From: Octopus sinensis
Lineage: Eukaryota
Assembly (NCBI RefSeq): GCF_006345805.1
Contig: NC_043026.1
Location: forward strand, 6,572,001 to 6,636,000
Length of the DNA: 64,000 bases
Reading direction: 5' to 3'
The notes under the pieces were generated by a model, which was not told the origin of the DNA, searched no databases, and saw only the letters and a list, made by a program, of their open reading frames with translations. Shown here in pieces: positions 26,296-39,260 of the stretch. The translations under genes were made by a program, and so were the position numbers. Position 1 is the stretch's first letter. Each line of letters opens with the position of its first letter.

Positions 26296-26366
<71 letters not shown>

Positions 26367-26433
26367 ATATATATGTATGTATGTATATTATATATATGTA
26401 TGTATGTATATATGTATGTATATATATGTTGTG

Positions 26434-26469
<36 letters not shown>

Positions 26470-26530
26470 TATATATATATACATACATAAATACATACTA
26501 CATACATACATACATACATACATACATACA

Positions 26531-26582
<52 letters not shown>

Positions 26583-26811
26583 ACACATATATATATATTT
26601 ATGTTTATCTAAGTACAAACATATATAGATTGACAGCTAGTGAGAAAGGAAGCAGCACAGACAGACAGACGGAGAGAAACACAGGCAGACAGACAGACAG
26701 ACTGATAGGCTGACAAACTGACAGACAGGTAATTAAGCAAGGTAGGCATGCTGGAAGGTATGCAGGTAGATATATGTTTAGGTAAACAAACCAGGAGGAA
26801 AAGTACAAGCA

Positions 26812-26846
<35 letters not shown>

Positions 26847-27591
26847 CTTGTTCTTACAAAACCCAAGGAGGACAAAGGAGACACAAAGACACCTTTTAAT
26901 CATCAGTCACCTATGAATACCTGTAGCATTTCAAAAGCCACCCATTGTGGCTTCCTTGCACTACATAAGAAAGAGTTGACCTCTCAATGACACCAAACTC
27001 ACAGGCAAAGAAAGAATGAAAGATGAACCCTTCTTACACCTTAAGATATTTCCATAACACTTTGGGGTGTAAGGTATGGCTTTGTGGTTAAGGAGTTCGT
27101 TTCTCCCAACAGGTGTGTCATTGGCTCTGGTTCCACTGCTTGGTTATAGCTTTGGTTATAGCCCTCGGCTGACCAATACCCTGCGAATGTATGTATGTAT
27201 GTATGTATTTATGTATGTATGTATGTATGTATGTACGTATGTATGTGCGTATGTATTTATGTATGTATGTATGTATGTATGTGTATGTATGTATGTATGT
27301 ATGTATGTATGTATGTATGTATGTATGTATGTATGTATGTATGGTAAGGTAATATATGAGGGGTGAGCTGGTAGAAACGTTAGCGCACCGGGCGAAATGC
27401 TTAGCGGTGTTTCGTCTGCCGCTACGTTCTGAGTTCAAATTCCGCCGAGGTTGACTTTGCCTTTCATCCTTTCGGGGTTGATAAATTAAGTACCAGTTAC
27501 GCACTGGGGTCGATATAATCGACTTAATCCGTTTGTCTGTCCTTGTTTGTCCTCTCTATGTTTAGCCCCTTGTGGGTAGTAAAGAAATAGA

Positions 27592-27980
27592 TATATGAGG
27601 GGGTGGGGTGGGCTGAAAGGTTCCTGGCTTTAAGGGTATTGTAAAGGGCCTAGTTGGAGGCCCAATCTTCTGAGTTCTTTCACAGGGTTTAGCAAAAAAT
27701 GAAGGACCACTGCAATAAGTGTGTGAATCTGAGAAGGGAATATGTTGAATAAAATCCTAATTAATTGATCCTTTTCTATTTTCCTCTTACCCAAAGACAA
27801 GAACTTCCAGCGCCCTTTTGCATATATACATACATAAATATATATACAAAGAATGCTGAAAAGTTCCTGGCTTTTCAAGGTATCAGGAAAGGTCTGGTTG
27901 GAGGCCCAACCTTTCAGGTTCTTTTACAGGGCTTAGAAAAACTGAAGGACCCTTGCAATAAGTGTGTGAATCTGAGAGGG
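27592..27980 (+). mobile_element. Two mariner-derived MITE copies; the second is interrupted by SINE D
   Basis: TIR-like gctgaaaagttcctggcttt; encodes a mariner C-terminus-like LQGLEKLKDPCNKCVNLRG(EYVE*); third partial copy at about 44663-44810. Confidence 0.72.
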
Positions 27981-28006
27981 TGGAGGCGCAATGGCCCAGT
28001 GGTTAG

Positions 28007-28106
28007 NNNNNNNNNNNNNNNNNNNNNNNNNNNNNNNNNNNNNNNNNNNNNNNNNNNNNNNNNNNNNNNNNNNNNNNNNNNNNNNNNNNNNNNNNNNNNN
28101 NNNNNN
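28007..28106. other. Assembly gap (100 N)
   Basis: Run of exactly 100 N; the left side ends in a SINE head and the right side starts in an RTE fragment. Confidence 0.99.
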
Positions 28107-28109
28107 TCT

Positions 28110-28610
28110 ATCTGTCTATCCCTGGCACGAAACCAAACTGCATCTCATCCAAGCTGACTCTCTCCCTAATTATTTGGGCTATGACCCTCTCCGTGAACTT
28201 CATTACCTGATCCAGCAACTTGATACCTCTGTAATTATTTGTATCTAAAGCGTCACCTTTACCTTTGTAGCAGTTGACTATTATGCTGCTACACCAGTCA
28301 TTGGGAATGACTCCTTCGTGTATCACTTGGTTAACTATATGGGTGACTAGGCTAGAGCCAACACTACCAGATATTTTGAGCATCTCTGCAGTAATTCCTG
28401 ATGGGCCTGGGGCTTTCCCTGTCTTCTTATTGCCTTATCTACCAAGGTACTGTCAACTCGGATTGCTGGTCCCTCTGTTGGGTTGACATTCAGCAGACTC
28501 TCATTCTCCCATTCATTTTCTTCATTCAGCAACCTTTCATAATGGCATCTCCAAACCTCTCTCTTTGCATCCTCATTTAGCGCAAATGAACCATCATCCA
28601 TGCGGACACA
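28110..28610 (-). pseudogene. RTE-clade LINE ORF2 fragment (region preceding and entering the reverse transcriptase domain)
   Basis: IPNDWCSSIIVNCYKGKGDALDTNNYRGIKLLDQVMK...EMQFGFVPG; frameshifted upstream part WRCHYERLLNEEN; cut by the N gap. Confidence 0.88.
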
Positions 28611-28614
28611 TTTC

Positions 28615-29125
28615 TCTCATCATCATCGTTTAACATCCGGTTTCCGTGCTAGCATGGGTTGGGAAGCCAGGAGGCTGCACCAGGCTCCAGTCTGATCTGG
28701 CAGTGTTTCTACAGCTGAATGCTCTTCCTAACGCCAACCACTCCATGAGTGTAGTGGGTACTTTTTATGTGCCACTGGCACAGGGGCCAGGCGAGGCTGG
28801 CAACATCCACAATCAGTTGGTGCTTCTTACGTGCCACCGGCATGGTGGCCAGTCAAGGCGGCACTGGCAATGGCCACGTTCAGTTGGTTCTTTTACGTGC
28901 CACCGGCACTGGTATCACAACTACAATTTCCATTGATTTTTGAGCAATTTCAATTTCACTTGCCTCAACAGGTCTTCGCAAGCAGGGTTTTGTGTCCCGA
29001 GAAGGAAAGGTATGCAGAAGTGGACTGGCTACATCCCAGGTAGAGGCCACAGGTTATGGTTTCACTTGTCCTGCTGGGTCTCCTCACACCCAGCATATTT
29101 CCAAAGGTCTCAGTCACTAGTCATT
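28615..29125 (-). mobile_element. Non-autonomous retroelement with RTE-type 3' tail and (ATG)n end (family R)
   Basis: Tail ggcgttaggaagggcatccag...aacccatgctagcatggaaa...gatgatg, preceded by about 55-nt subrepeats containing gtgccggtggcacgtaaaagcacc. Copies at about 1-155, 8023-8170, 17089-17235, 22963-23320, 32640-32855(-), 38295-38605, 41020-41420, 61030-61425(-). The RTE assignment rests on recalled tail similarity. Confidence 0.7.
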
Positions 29126-29198
29126 GCCTCAGTGAGAGAGAGAGAGAAGTATTGGGTGGATGGATGGATGGATGGGTGGATAGATAAGATAAATAGAC

Positions 29199-29239
<41 letters not shown>

Positions 29240-29898
29240 CATAGATACATAGATAGATAGATAGATAGATAGATATGTAACATTTTAATTAAAATCCCAA
29301 GAAAATTCCTGCAAATGTCTCTGCCATAAACCAATAATTAAAAATATTAACGAGCACATTAGAGAAAGACATTTAAAACATAACAACAAACAACAACACA
29401 AAAACAACTACACAAAGCATAAAAAACAAAACAAAACCAATGGAATAGCGTCACTAAACGAAAGCTAATTTTTCAGGAATGAAATTTTCTCCAAGAAATG
29501 TCAGCCGGAATCTTTAAGAAAATGTCAAAACAATGAAGAAGATGGTAGATTGTGTTCTAAAGAGTCTTGTCTGAGAATGGATTTTACCGAATTGGAGAAA
29601 TCATAGAATATATTTCTTGGATTTCATTTTGGTTCGGTGAATCGGAACTTGTTGAGAAAATGTCAAAGAGATTCTCTGAGAGAGATTTTCCGGGGTTGTT
29701 TATTTTGTTTTGTTTTTTTTTTCCGATTCAGTTTTTTTTTAATAAATTTTCTTTTTCTTTTAATCTCAAAAGAGACGGCGCTTGTTGTAACAGACCAGCA
29801 TTGGTGTCCGTCTTTCTTTGATATATGTCTGGCATCCGACACCTTGAGAACATACACAACAGGAGGTGTGTATGTGTGTCTGCATATACATATGCATA

Positions 29899-29936
<38 letters not shown>

Positions 29937-29943
<7 letters not shown>

Positions 29944-30138
29944 GAGAAAGAAGCAACAAGAATGGATTAGTTTTTAGTACAATTGTTTCATACAAAGACA
30001 GGCTTTATTAAAAGTTGCAAATATTGCAGCAGATACTTTTATCTGCTGCAATATTTGCAACTTTTAATAAAGCCTGTCTTTGTATGAAACAATTGTACTA
30101 AAAACTAATCCATTCTTGTTGCTTCTTTCTCGTTTATA
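29937..30138. repeat. Perfect palindrome with 99-bp arms and a 4-nt loop
   Basis: 29937-30035 is the exact reverse complement of 30040-30138; loop cttt. Confidence 0.97.
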
Positions 30139-30417
30139 ATCACCCCACATTATTGTATGGTTAACACCATATAGTTTTCTGGTGCATCTAAGTTAAGTAC
30201 CGCATTCAAGTGAATTCATTAGAACTGACTTGAATCTTAATTGCTTTTACTATATATATATATATATAAAAAATTGAATAAGGGTAGAAATTGATATTAA
30301 TCAATTAAAACCAGTGGCCTAGCATATTAAAAAAATCCAAAGATTAAAATATTTTTACATACAAAATTTAAAGGGCTGACCACTAAAAGTGGACGGTCAA
30401 CATGCTAGATATAGATG

Positions 30418-30460
<43 letters not shown>

Positions 30461-31126
30461 TATTTAGAAATACTTACACACATATATGCACACATACCTA
30501 TGTACACACATACATAATACATACATTCATACATAAATGCATGCATACACACATACATACACATAAATACATATATACATACACACACATGCATATACAA
30601 GTACACATATACACAGATACATACATACATGCATACACGAATACACACACACGTATAACTATTACCATCGTCATTATCATCACCATCGCAACTGCTACAA
30701 CCCTCACCACCACCACCACCATTACTATCATCATCACCATCATCATCTTCACAATCATCATCATCACCACTATCACCACCACCACCGCCGTCGTCATCGT
30801 CATTATCATCATCATCATCATCATCATCATCGTCATCATCATCGTTTCAACATACCTTTTTTTCCATGCTTGCATGAGTCAAATGGAATTCATTGCCAAC
30901 GACTGGATGCCCTTCCTGTCACAAACATTAACCTGTTTTCAACTTAAATAAAATTCCTTCATCAAAGCAAGACAGGTCGTCATGGCAAATTGGTCGATGA
31001 AGAGCAGAAATGCCAATGAAATATTGACATCTGCCACTCTCTTTCGCTTCCAGGGTGATTTTTATTGTTGCGCATATACTCAAACACAAACAAAATGCAC
31101 AACGCAGGAGTGTGTGCGTATGTGCA

Positions 31127-31161
<35 letters not shown>

Positions 31162-31509
31162 TTAAGGAATTAACGATTCAAATAATTTCAATAAACCTTT
31201 TTACTATAGGCCCAAGGCTTGAAATTTTGGTGGAAGGGGGGCCCGTCAATTAGATTGAGTCCAGTACACAACTGGTACTTAATTTATTTACCCTGAAAGT
31301 CAACCTCGGCAGAATTTGAACTCAGAATGCCAAAATGCCACTAAACATTTTGCCTGGCATGTTAACAATTCTGCCAGCTCTTTGCCTTAAGTAATTTCAA
31401 TTAAATTAATAAAAATTATTAATAACATCCACTAATTATTTGCTTTAATTCATCTGGCAAAGTAATTTTTTAATGAAAATTTCTCATGAGATTATAAATA
31501 TATTATTTA

Positions 31510-32640
31510 AATGTTTAGTTTTGGTGAAAATTTTTTTATAAAATGTATTTTTTTCATAAGATGCGTTTCCTTCCAATATTTTGGATCAGCCCTTGGGCAT
31601 TTATAGAATAGAAAGATGTTTTCTCAGTGGAATCTCACATAATGCCATTTGTTTAATTTGTTGTCTATGAATCCTTGAACATTGACAGAAGGAGTTTCCG
31701 GTTTCACCGATATAATTCTCTTTGCAATTGGGACAGATTATACAGTATATTAAATTCTGTGTCTTACAATTCGTGTTTGTATTTACTTAGAAGGATGAGA
31801 ATCCATTTTAAAATTTTGCACCAGAATCAGTATCCAAATATTTGGAATTGTTTCTTGTTACAGCATATTCCACAGACTTCCATGGAAAACTCATGATTTT
31901 CCCCTGATGTGAATTCTATCCTTGTAAAGAATTAAAAAAATTTTTTTCTTATTCTTTTGGTTGATGCTTGCTGTCTCTTGAGAGATTTTATTCAACCGTG
32001 GAGGCGCAATGGCCCAGTAGTTAGGGCAGTGGACTCGTGGTTGTAGGATCGTGGTTTCGATTCCCAGACCGGGCGTTGTGAGTGTTTATTGAGCGAAAAC
32101 ACCTAAAAGCTCCACGGGGCTCCGGCAGGGGATGGTGGTGATCCCTGCTGTACTCTTTCACCACAACTTTCTCTCACTCTTACTTCCTGTTTCTGTTGTA
32201 CCTGTATTTCAAAGGGCCGGCCTTGTCACTCTCTGTGTCACGCTGAATATCCTCGAGAACTACGTTAAGGGTACACGTTACTGTGGAGTGCTCAGCCACT
32301 TACACGTTAATTTCACGAGCAGGCTGTTCCGTTGATTTGGATCAACCGGAACCCTCATCGTCGTAACCGACGGAGTGCTTCCATTTATTCAACCAATTTC
32401 TCATGTTGGAACTTTTTCAAAGTATTGGTAGGTTTGTTTTTATAACATTAAATATTTTGGTCACTCCTGGGTTGTGTATGTCAACAGAAAGAATTCTATT
32501 CCCCTAAACTCTTTTCTTAGCATCCTCAGTTGTATGATGCCTGGTTTCATTGCTCGAATAATCCCATTGTTAACTAATTTCAAGGGACAATTTTGGAGTT
32601 GGAGGACAACTTTCGGTTAGTTAAAACAAATTTGCTGCTA
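31510..32640 (-). pseudogene. Penelope-like element remnant (GIY-YIG endonuclease and linker), interrupted by SINE D
   Basis: 31771-31601 NCKTQNLIYCIICPNCKENYIGETGNSF...RIHRQQIK; terminal IKKFSPKLN at about 31513; upstream PLKLVNNGIIRAM...HNPGVTKIFNVIKTNLPIL at 32400-32600. Confidence 0.82.
31998..32385 (+). mobile_element. SINE family D (tRNA-derived head)
   Basis: ggaggcgcaatggcccagtagttagggcag...ggtttcgattcccag head. Related copies at 27981-28006 (cut by the gap), 36737-37055, 46132-46330, and reversed at about 41695-41990 and 46562-46645. Confidence 0.78.
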
Positions 32641-32854
32641 ATTAAACGTCCATTTTCCATGCTGGCATGGGTTGGACAGTTTGATAGGAGCTGGCAAGCC
32701 AGAGAACAGCACCAGGCCTCAGTTGTCAGCTTTGGCATGGTTTCCACAGATGGATGCCATTCCTAATGCCAACCACTTTACAGAGTAGCACTGGGTGCTT
32801 TGTGCACGGCACTTTTATGTGACACTGGTATGGGTGCATTTTACATGACACCAA

Positions 32855-34825
32855 TCATTATTATATTATTATTATTATTATTCATATACACACAACAGAT
32901 TAGATTGTTGGAAAAGAAAAATTCATAACATCAGGCAGCAACATCTAAGTAACCTTAGATGGGCTTCTTTCAGTTTCTGACAACCAAATCCACTCACAAG
33001 GCTTTGGTCGGCCTGAGGCTATAGTAGAAGACACTTGCCCAAGGTGCCACGCAGTGGGACTGAACCCGGAACCATGTGGTTGGTAAACAAGCTACTTACC
33101 ACACAGCCACTCCTACACCTATATTATTAATGTTGTTGTTGTTATTGTTGTTATTATTATTATGATTATTATTGTTATTATTGTTATTATCATTATTAAT
33201 ATTTACAGATTGATGTTACTCCTCCAGAAAGTAAAGAAACGCATATATACATATATATACAAACATCTCAATCTACTTCGTTTATTTTGAACTTGTGGAA
33301 GACACACAAGATGTCAAAATATTGTTCATTTGGTAACAATTGCATTCTTCTTATAGTTTCTCTTATTATTATTATTGAGTGAGAGAGCAGTTCATGCCAT
33401 CAAAGTGACACTGGGGTAAAATATACGAAGCCCAGTATACCCATCATGACTACCCGTCTGATAAAGGTAAACCAGGCACATGCATCACAACCATATGTGC
33501 GCGACATGGTGATCTCATATCAAGATAAACAGCGCATGACCTTGCAGGTGGGGCCCAGTTAGAATTTTCCTCTGGTCGAGTAAGCCATCCAGCTCAAAAG
33601 ATCCTTGAATAAGGGTTGTTTAAGGATGTTGAAAGAACCACCCATGTTTCCAAAGGTGAATTATTCAAACTCCAAAGAACCCTCTCAACACATGGCTATG
33701 ATGCTCCCCCACTACTTCTGCTCGTGATCAGAGATGCACATATCGTCAGCCACCAAGGGACATGCTCAACTGGTTAAGGTCAAACAACTGACAAGCAAAT
33801 CTGTGGTTTTGAGCAGAATATTTGCAATTATTATCATTATTATTATATTATTATTATTATTATTCATATACACACAACAGATTAGATTGTTGGAAAAGAA
33901 AAATTCATAACATCAGCAGCAACATCTAAGTAACCTTAGATGGGCTTCTTTCAGTTTCTGACAACCAAATCCACTCACAAGGCTTTGGTCGGCCTGAGGC
34001 TATAGTAGAAGACACTTGCCCAAGGTGCCACGCAGTGGGACTGAACCCGGAACCATGTGGTTGGTAAACAAGCTACTTACCACACAGCCACTCCTACACC
34101 TATATTATTAATGTTGTTGTTGTTATTGTTGTTATTATTATTATTGTTATTATTGTTATTATCATTATTAATATTTACAGATTGATGTTACTCCTCCAGA
34201 AAGTAAAGAAACGCATATATACATATATATACAAACATCTCAATCTACTTCGTTTATTTTGAACTGTGGAAGACACACAAGATGTCAAAATATTGTTCAT
34301 TTGGTAACAATTGCATTCTTCTTATAGTTTCTCTTATTATTATTATTGAGTGAGAGAGCAGTTCATGCCATCAAAGTGACACTGGGGTAAAATATACGAA
34401 GCCCAGTATACCCATCATGACTACCCGTCTGAAAAGGTAAACCAGGCACATGCATCACAACCATATGTGCGCGACATGGTGATCTCATATCAAGATAAAC
34501 AGCGCATGACCTTGCAGGTGGGGCCCAGTTAGAATTTTCCTCTGGTCGAGTAAGCCATCCAGCTCAAAAGATCCTTGAATAAGGGTTGTTTAAGGATGTT
34601 GAAAGAACCACCCATGTTTCCAAAGGTGAATTATCCAAACTCCAAAGAACCCTTCTCAACACATGGCTATGATGCTCCCCCACTACTTCTGCTCGTGATC
34701 AGAGATGCACATATCGTCAGCCACCAAGGGACATGCTCAACTGGTTAAGGTCAAACAACTGACAAGCAAATCTGTGGTTTTGAGCAGAATATTTGCAATT
34801 ATTATCATTATTATTATTATTATTA
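32855..34825. repeat. Near-identical tandem duplication of about 975 bp
   Basis: ttcatatacacacaacagattag at 32881 and 33863; the two family C copies are 972 bp apart. Confidence 0.95.
33375..33826 (-). mobile_element. SINE-like family C with (AAT)n tail
   Basis: About 450-nt dispersed element ending ctctctcactcaataataat on the minus strand; second copy at about 34347-34797 and 5' part again at 52648-52960. Confidence 0.7.
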
Positions 34826-37140
34826 CTATTGTTGTTTGTGTGGTTTCTAATTAGTATTGTTAGTTCACTGATTACTTAATTAATTACCTGTAATTAGTCA
34901 ACCACAGCAGCAGGTTCACTAATTAGGTTTCTCTGCTGGTCATTAATTTACCTCGTTATTTTTCCATTATTTGTTCCTAGTTTTAGCTGCTGTCTGACAA
35001 TGCAATCTTCCTTCTTCGTGTGGACCGTTATACAGCCATGACCACCACCACCAATACCACCAATACTGCTAACACCGTCACCATTACCACAACACCACCA
35101 CCTCTACTATAACTGCTACTACCACCAAGACGACGACCACCACCAACACCACTACTACCGCCACCGCTACTACAACCACCAGCACCACCACTACAACCAC
35201 CACTACTACAACCACCACAACCACTACTACCACCACCGCTACTACAGCCACCACTACTACAACCACCACTACAACCACCACCACCACTACAACCACCACC
35301 ACCACCACCAGGGAAATATGTCCTGTGTATCATCCTGTTTTTTATTCAGGCATAATATACCTAGGACTCTATTATCTAATGTGTACTTCTGTGTTGTTGC
35401 TATTTAACCCCAGGTCAACCCTCGTCTACTGGACATAAGATCATATTCCAAATGTGACCATCCTGCCTTTTATTGAGGCATGCTGTATCAAGGATTAAAT
35501 TATCTAATCTGTCCTTCTTTGTTGCTGTTGTTTAGCCCCAGGTCAGTCCTAATCCAGTAGACCTGAGCTCAAAGATGCTCCAGCTGTGACCATCCTGTCT
35601 TTTATTGAGACACAGTGTCTCTAATGTCTCCCTGAATAGGTAAAGGGAAGTAACTCTTACAATTTCGTTTTTGGATTGCAAGATTCTTTATATGAGTTCG
35701 TGTGTTGAAGCATATTCTGTTGTGTCTGGGGAGAGTCATTCTCTTTTTATGCCTCATTATTTAACACACTCACCAGTAAAATTTCCCCTTATTTCTTATT
35801 TTTATTTTCCTAATATTTTCGTTGCGTCTTGCAACCTTTCCAATAGTCTTGACTCTGTCCGTTATTTACACTTGGACATTTTGCTTGTTTGTGTACATGC
35901 ATGTATGTATGTATGAATGTATATATATGTATGTATGTATGAATGTATATATATGTATGTATGTATGAATGTATATATATGTATGTATGTATGAATGAAT
36001 GTATATATATGTATGTATGTATGTATGTATATATATGTATGTATGTATGTATATATATGTATGTATGTATGTATGTATATATATGTATGTATGTATGAAT
36101 GTATATATATGTATGTATGTATGAATGTATATATATGTATGTATGTATGTATGTATATATATATATGTATGTATGTATGTATAAATGCATGTATGTATGC
36201 ATGCATGTATGTATTATGTATGCATGTATGTACGTACGTACGCACGCATGTATGTACGTATGTATGTATGCATGTATGTATGTATATATGTATGTATGTA
36301 TGTATGCGTGTGAATACTTACTATTAAAGGGAGGCTTACTGAAGGAAGATCTACTTGGACCCCACGGTTTCATGAGTCAACGACCAAATTGAAGAATCTT
36401 AGATCAGCATCGATAGAAGATGGCAAAGGGGATTATGTTGGGCAACGGCAGAACTGTTCTGGTGTTTATTTACGCTGATGGCAATAGTAAAGGAATGGTT
36501 GGGTGTATCGTATTAGCCATAGTACACACGGTGGTGGCCATTTAGGACACAAGTAAAAACAATAAATACAAACAATATATAGAAATTGATGCAAAATATA
36601 ATTTTATTGGGACATTTATTTAAACCAGAAATTGTGTATAAAAGACAAAAAAAAACTTTTAGCTGCCATAGTGAAGGTGTGTGTGTGTGTGTGTGTGTGT
36701 GTATGCACATAGAACATACATACATATATGTATATGAAGGCACGTGGCTTAGTGGTTAGGGTATTCAGCTCCCGATCGTAAGGTCGCGAGTTCAATTCCC
36801 GGCAACGCATGGTGTCCTTGAGCAAGACACTTTATTTCACGTTGCTCCAGTCCAATCAGCTGGCAAAAATGTGTTGTACCTGTATTTCAAAAACCAGCCT
36901 TGACACACCCTGTGTCACACTGAATTTCACTGAGAACTACATTAAGGGTACACGTGTCTGTGGAATACTCAGCCACTTGCTCATTAATTTCATGAGCAAG
37001 CTGTTCCGTTGATCATATCAGCTGGGACCCTCGTCATAGTAACCGACTGAGTGCTCCTTATATATATATATGTAAACATATATATTATGTATATATGTAT
37101 TGTGCGGGTTTATACACACACACACACACACACACACACA

Positions 37141-37173
<33 letters not shown>

Positions 37174-37198
37174 TACATATACATATACATACATACAT

Positions 37199-37422
37199 TT
37201 AACCCTTTCAGATTATCCTGTCAAATGTAATCCGTATTTATTCACATTGTTTTGAATTTATCCTAGATTATCTCATAGCATTGAGATTTCAGTGATGTGA
37301 TTGTTTAGTTTTAAAATGACATTGTAGGGTAGGTATGAGAGGCCGGATCAGGCCAATTTGAACATAAAAACAGGTTGAAAATTTGGGCCCCAAATATGAT
37401 TGGTTTAAATATTAAAGGGCTA
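37199..37422. mobile_element. Second piggyBac-like MITE family, degenerate
   Basis: ttaaccctttc start and aaagggcta end, about 220 nt. Confidence 0.5.
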
Positions 37423-37725
37423 TGAGTATGTATGACTTTATACTGTGTGTGTGTGTGTGCGCGTGTGTATCATGCCTTGCCTTTAACACATCAATGACTA
37501 TAGTCCCCCCCCCCTTCCATGCTTTTTTCGTAAAACAATACAGCAGAATGATAAAGAAGGTTCTGCAAATGAGAGACGTCAATTGTCTCAACTAAGCCAA
37601 TTAACTAAACTAATTAAAATGACGTCAATTAAGCAAACAAACACTCAAGATAAAAATAGCCAAAAGGCCCCCCCACCTCAGAAAAGGAAAGAACAATGAA
37701 GGGAAGAAAGGTCAGAGGTTAGTGT

Positions 37726-37802
37726 TTAGATAGGATTTGCTGGGAGGATTGTACCACGGCAGGTTCCAAAACCTATTTTGTAGCCATTTCCTTCGCAATA
37801 AC
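37726..37802 (-). CDS. FAH: FAH last coding exon with stop codon (human exon 14 equivalent)
   Basis: ttttcag|GT TAT TGC...; [24 protein letters not shown] then TAA at 37728-37726. Confidence 0.96.
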
Positions 37803-38703
37803 CTGAAAATAGAAAGAAAAGCTAAGTTATTCGTTTGTCTTTGTTTATATAAAAGTAAACATGAGTGATGGAATTTTGATTGTACTTTCACTTTCATATT
37901 TACTTTGGAATAATTTCATGTATTGCGTTTGTTTAATTGGTGTTTTGGTCACATCACACGAATTTCCAGCCAGGGTGGGGACAAATTTTTACTAGTTGTT
38001 AGCTGGCAGACTCTGGCTGAGGGGAAACAGGCACTTATTTGGCACTCATTTCGAAACCATGGTAACAGGTTGACCAGTATTACTTGTGCTGACCTAGCAG
38101 TGGTGAAGTACAACCTTCGAGCGCTGGGCCTCATGGAGGTGATGACAAATGGCCAAGACCTTCGGAGATATGAGACTGTAACCGTGGCCTATGCCAGTGC
38201 AGCACAACCGGCCTATTTAAGGGCACCCTTCAATCATTGGTCAATAAACTGTGTTTGTGAAAACTTGTTGAATCAACTAAAGTCATTGTTGTGGCCAAAG
38301 ACAGCAGCACCTGATTGGCACCATTCGAGTGTGGTCGATGCCAGTAGCACCTGACTGGCCCCATGCCGGTGGCACATAAAAGGCACCATTCAAGCCTGGT
38401 AGCACCTGAATGGCCCTCGTGCCGGTGGCACGTAAAAGCACCCACCACACTCTTTGAGTGACTGGCATTAGGAAGGGCATCCGGTTGTAGAAACTTTGCC
38501 AGATCAGATTGGAGTCTGGTTCGCCAGCCCTCAGTCAAACTATCCAACCCATACCAGCATGGAAAGCGGATGTTAAACAATGATGATGATGATGATGATG
38601 ATGACTGTATATATGTGTGTGTGTGTGTGTGTGCACATGTTCACTCAAATGTAGTAAAACCACCACGCCCCCACCTCCCACCAACACGCCTCCATCCACT
38701 TAC

Positions 38704-38821
38704 CTGTTAAGATAGCTTCATCTCCGTCTTGGAGAAACTTTCTGGTGTGACCACCACCTACATCCACAGTCTTGCTGCCTTTCCAAGATAGTTCCAACAG
38801 AGAACCATATGAATCCTCAGT
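38704..38821 (-). CDS. FAH: FAH coding exon (human exon 13 equivalent)
   Basis: atttcag|...|gtaag; 118 nt; [39 protein letters not shown](G). Confidence 0.97.
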
Positions 38822-38875
38822 CTGAAATATTCAAGAGGGGTGGTCATTTTATATATATATATATATATATGTACA

Positions 38876-39260
38876 AGGGTGAGTCAAAAAGTAATGCCAT
38901 TTCTTTAGGACAGGTATGATTACCAACACAGGAACATGTATCCTATATCAAAATGAAGCTGGTCCTCTGTGGATCCCATCCCTACTTCTCAACATAGTCA
39001 CCGTTTCTCTCAATAGCAATGTTCTACCTTCGAATGAGAGCATGTATCCCTGCCCTGTAAAATTCTGTTGACTGTTCTTTGAGCCACTTCTTCACTACAG
39101 TTTTCACTTCCTCGTCACAGGGCTACCATCTTTTCAGCCCCATGAAAGAAGGTTTGAGAGGCAAACATTATTTCAGTGATGAGGAAGTGAAAACTGTAGT
39201 GAAGAAGTGGCTCAAAGAACAGTCAACAGAATTCTACGGGGCAGGGATACATGTGCTCTC
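38876..39260. mobile_element. Mariner 3'-end remnant arranged as an inverted dimer
   Basis: TIR-like acaagggtgagtcaaaaagtaatgcc; plus-strand frame YHLFSPMKEGLRGKHYFSDEEVKTVVKKWLKEQSTEFY; 39043-39118 is the reverse complement of 39177-39252. Confidence 0.82.

Noticed and set aside
29430-29830. Unique-looking segment with 80-120 aa ORFs
   Set aside because: Frames close quickly, composition is low-complexity and there is no homology signal.
35810-35850. Hammerhead-ribozyme-like stem II plus GAAA on the minus strand (gttgc-aagac-gcaac-gaaa)
   Set aside because: The required CUGANGA core is absent (ttggaaag) and stems I and III are not evident; other ctgatga hits (2667, 62828) also lack the fold.
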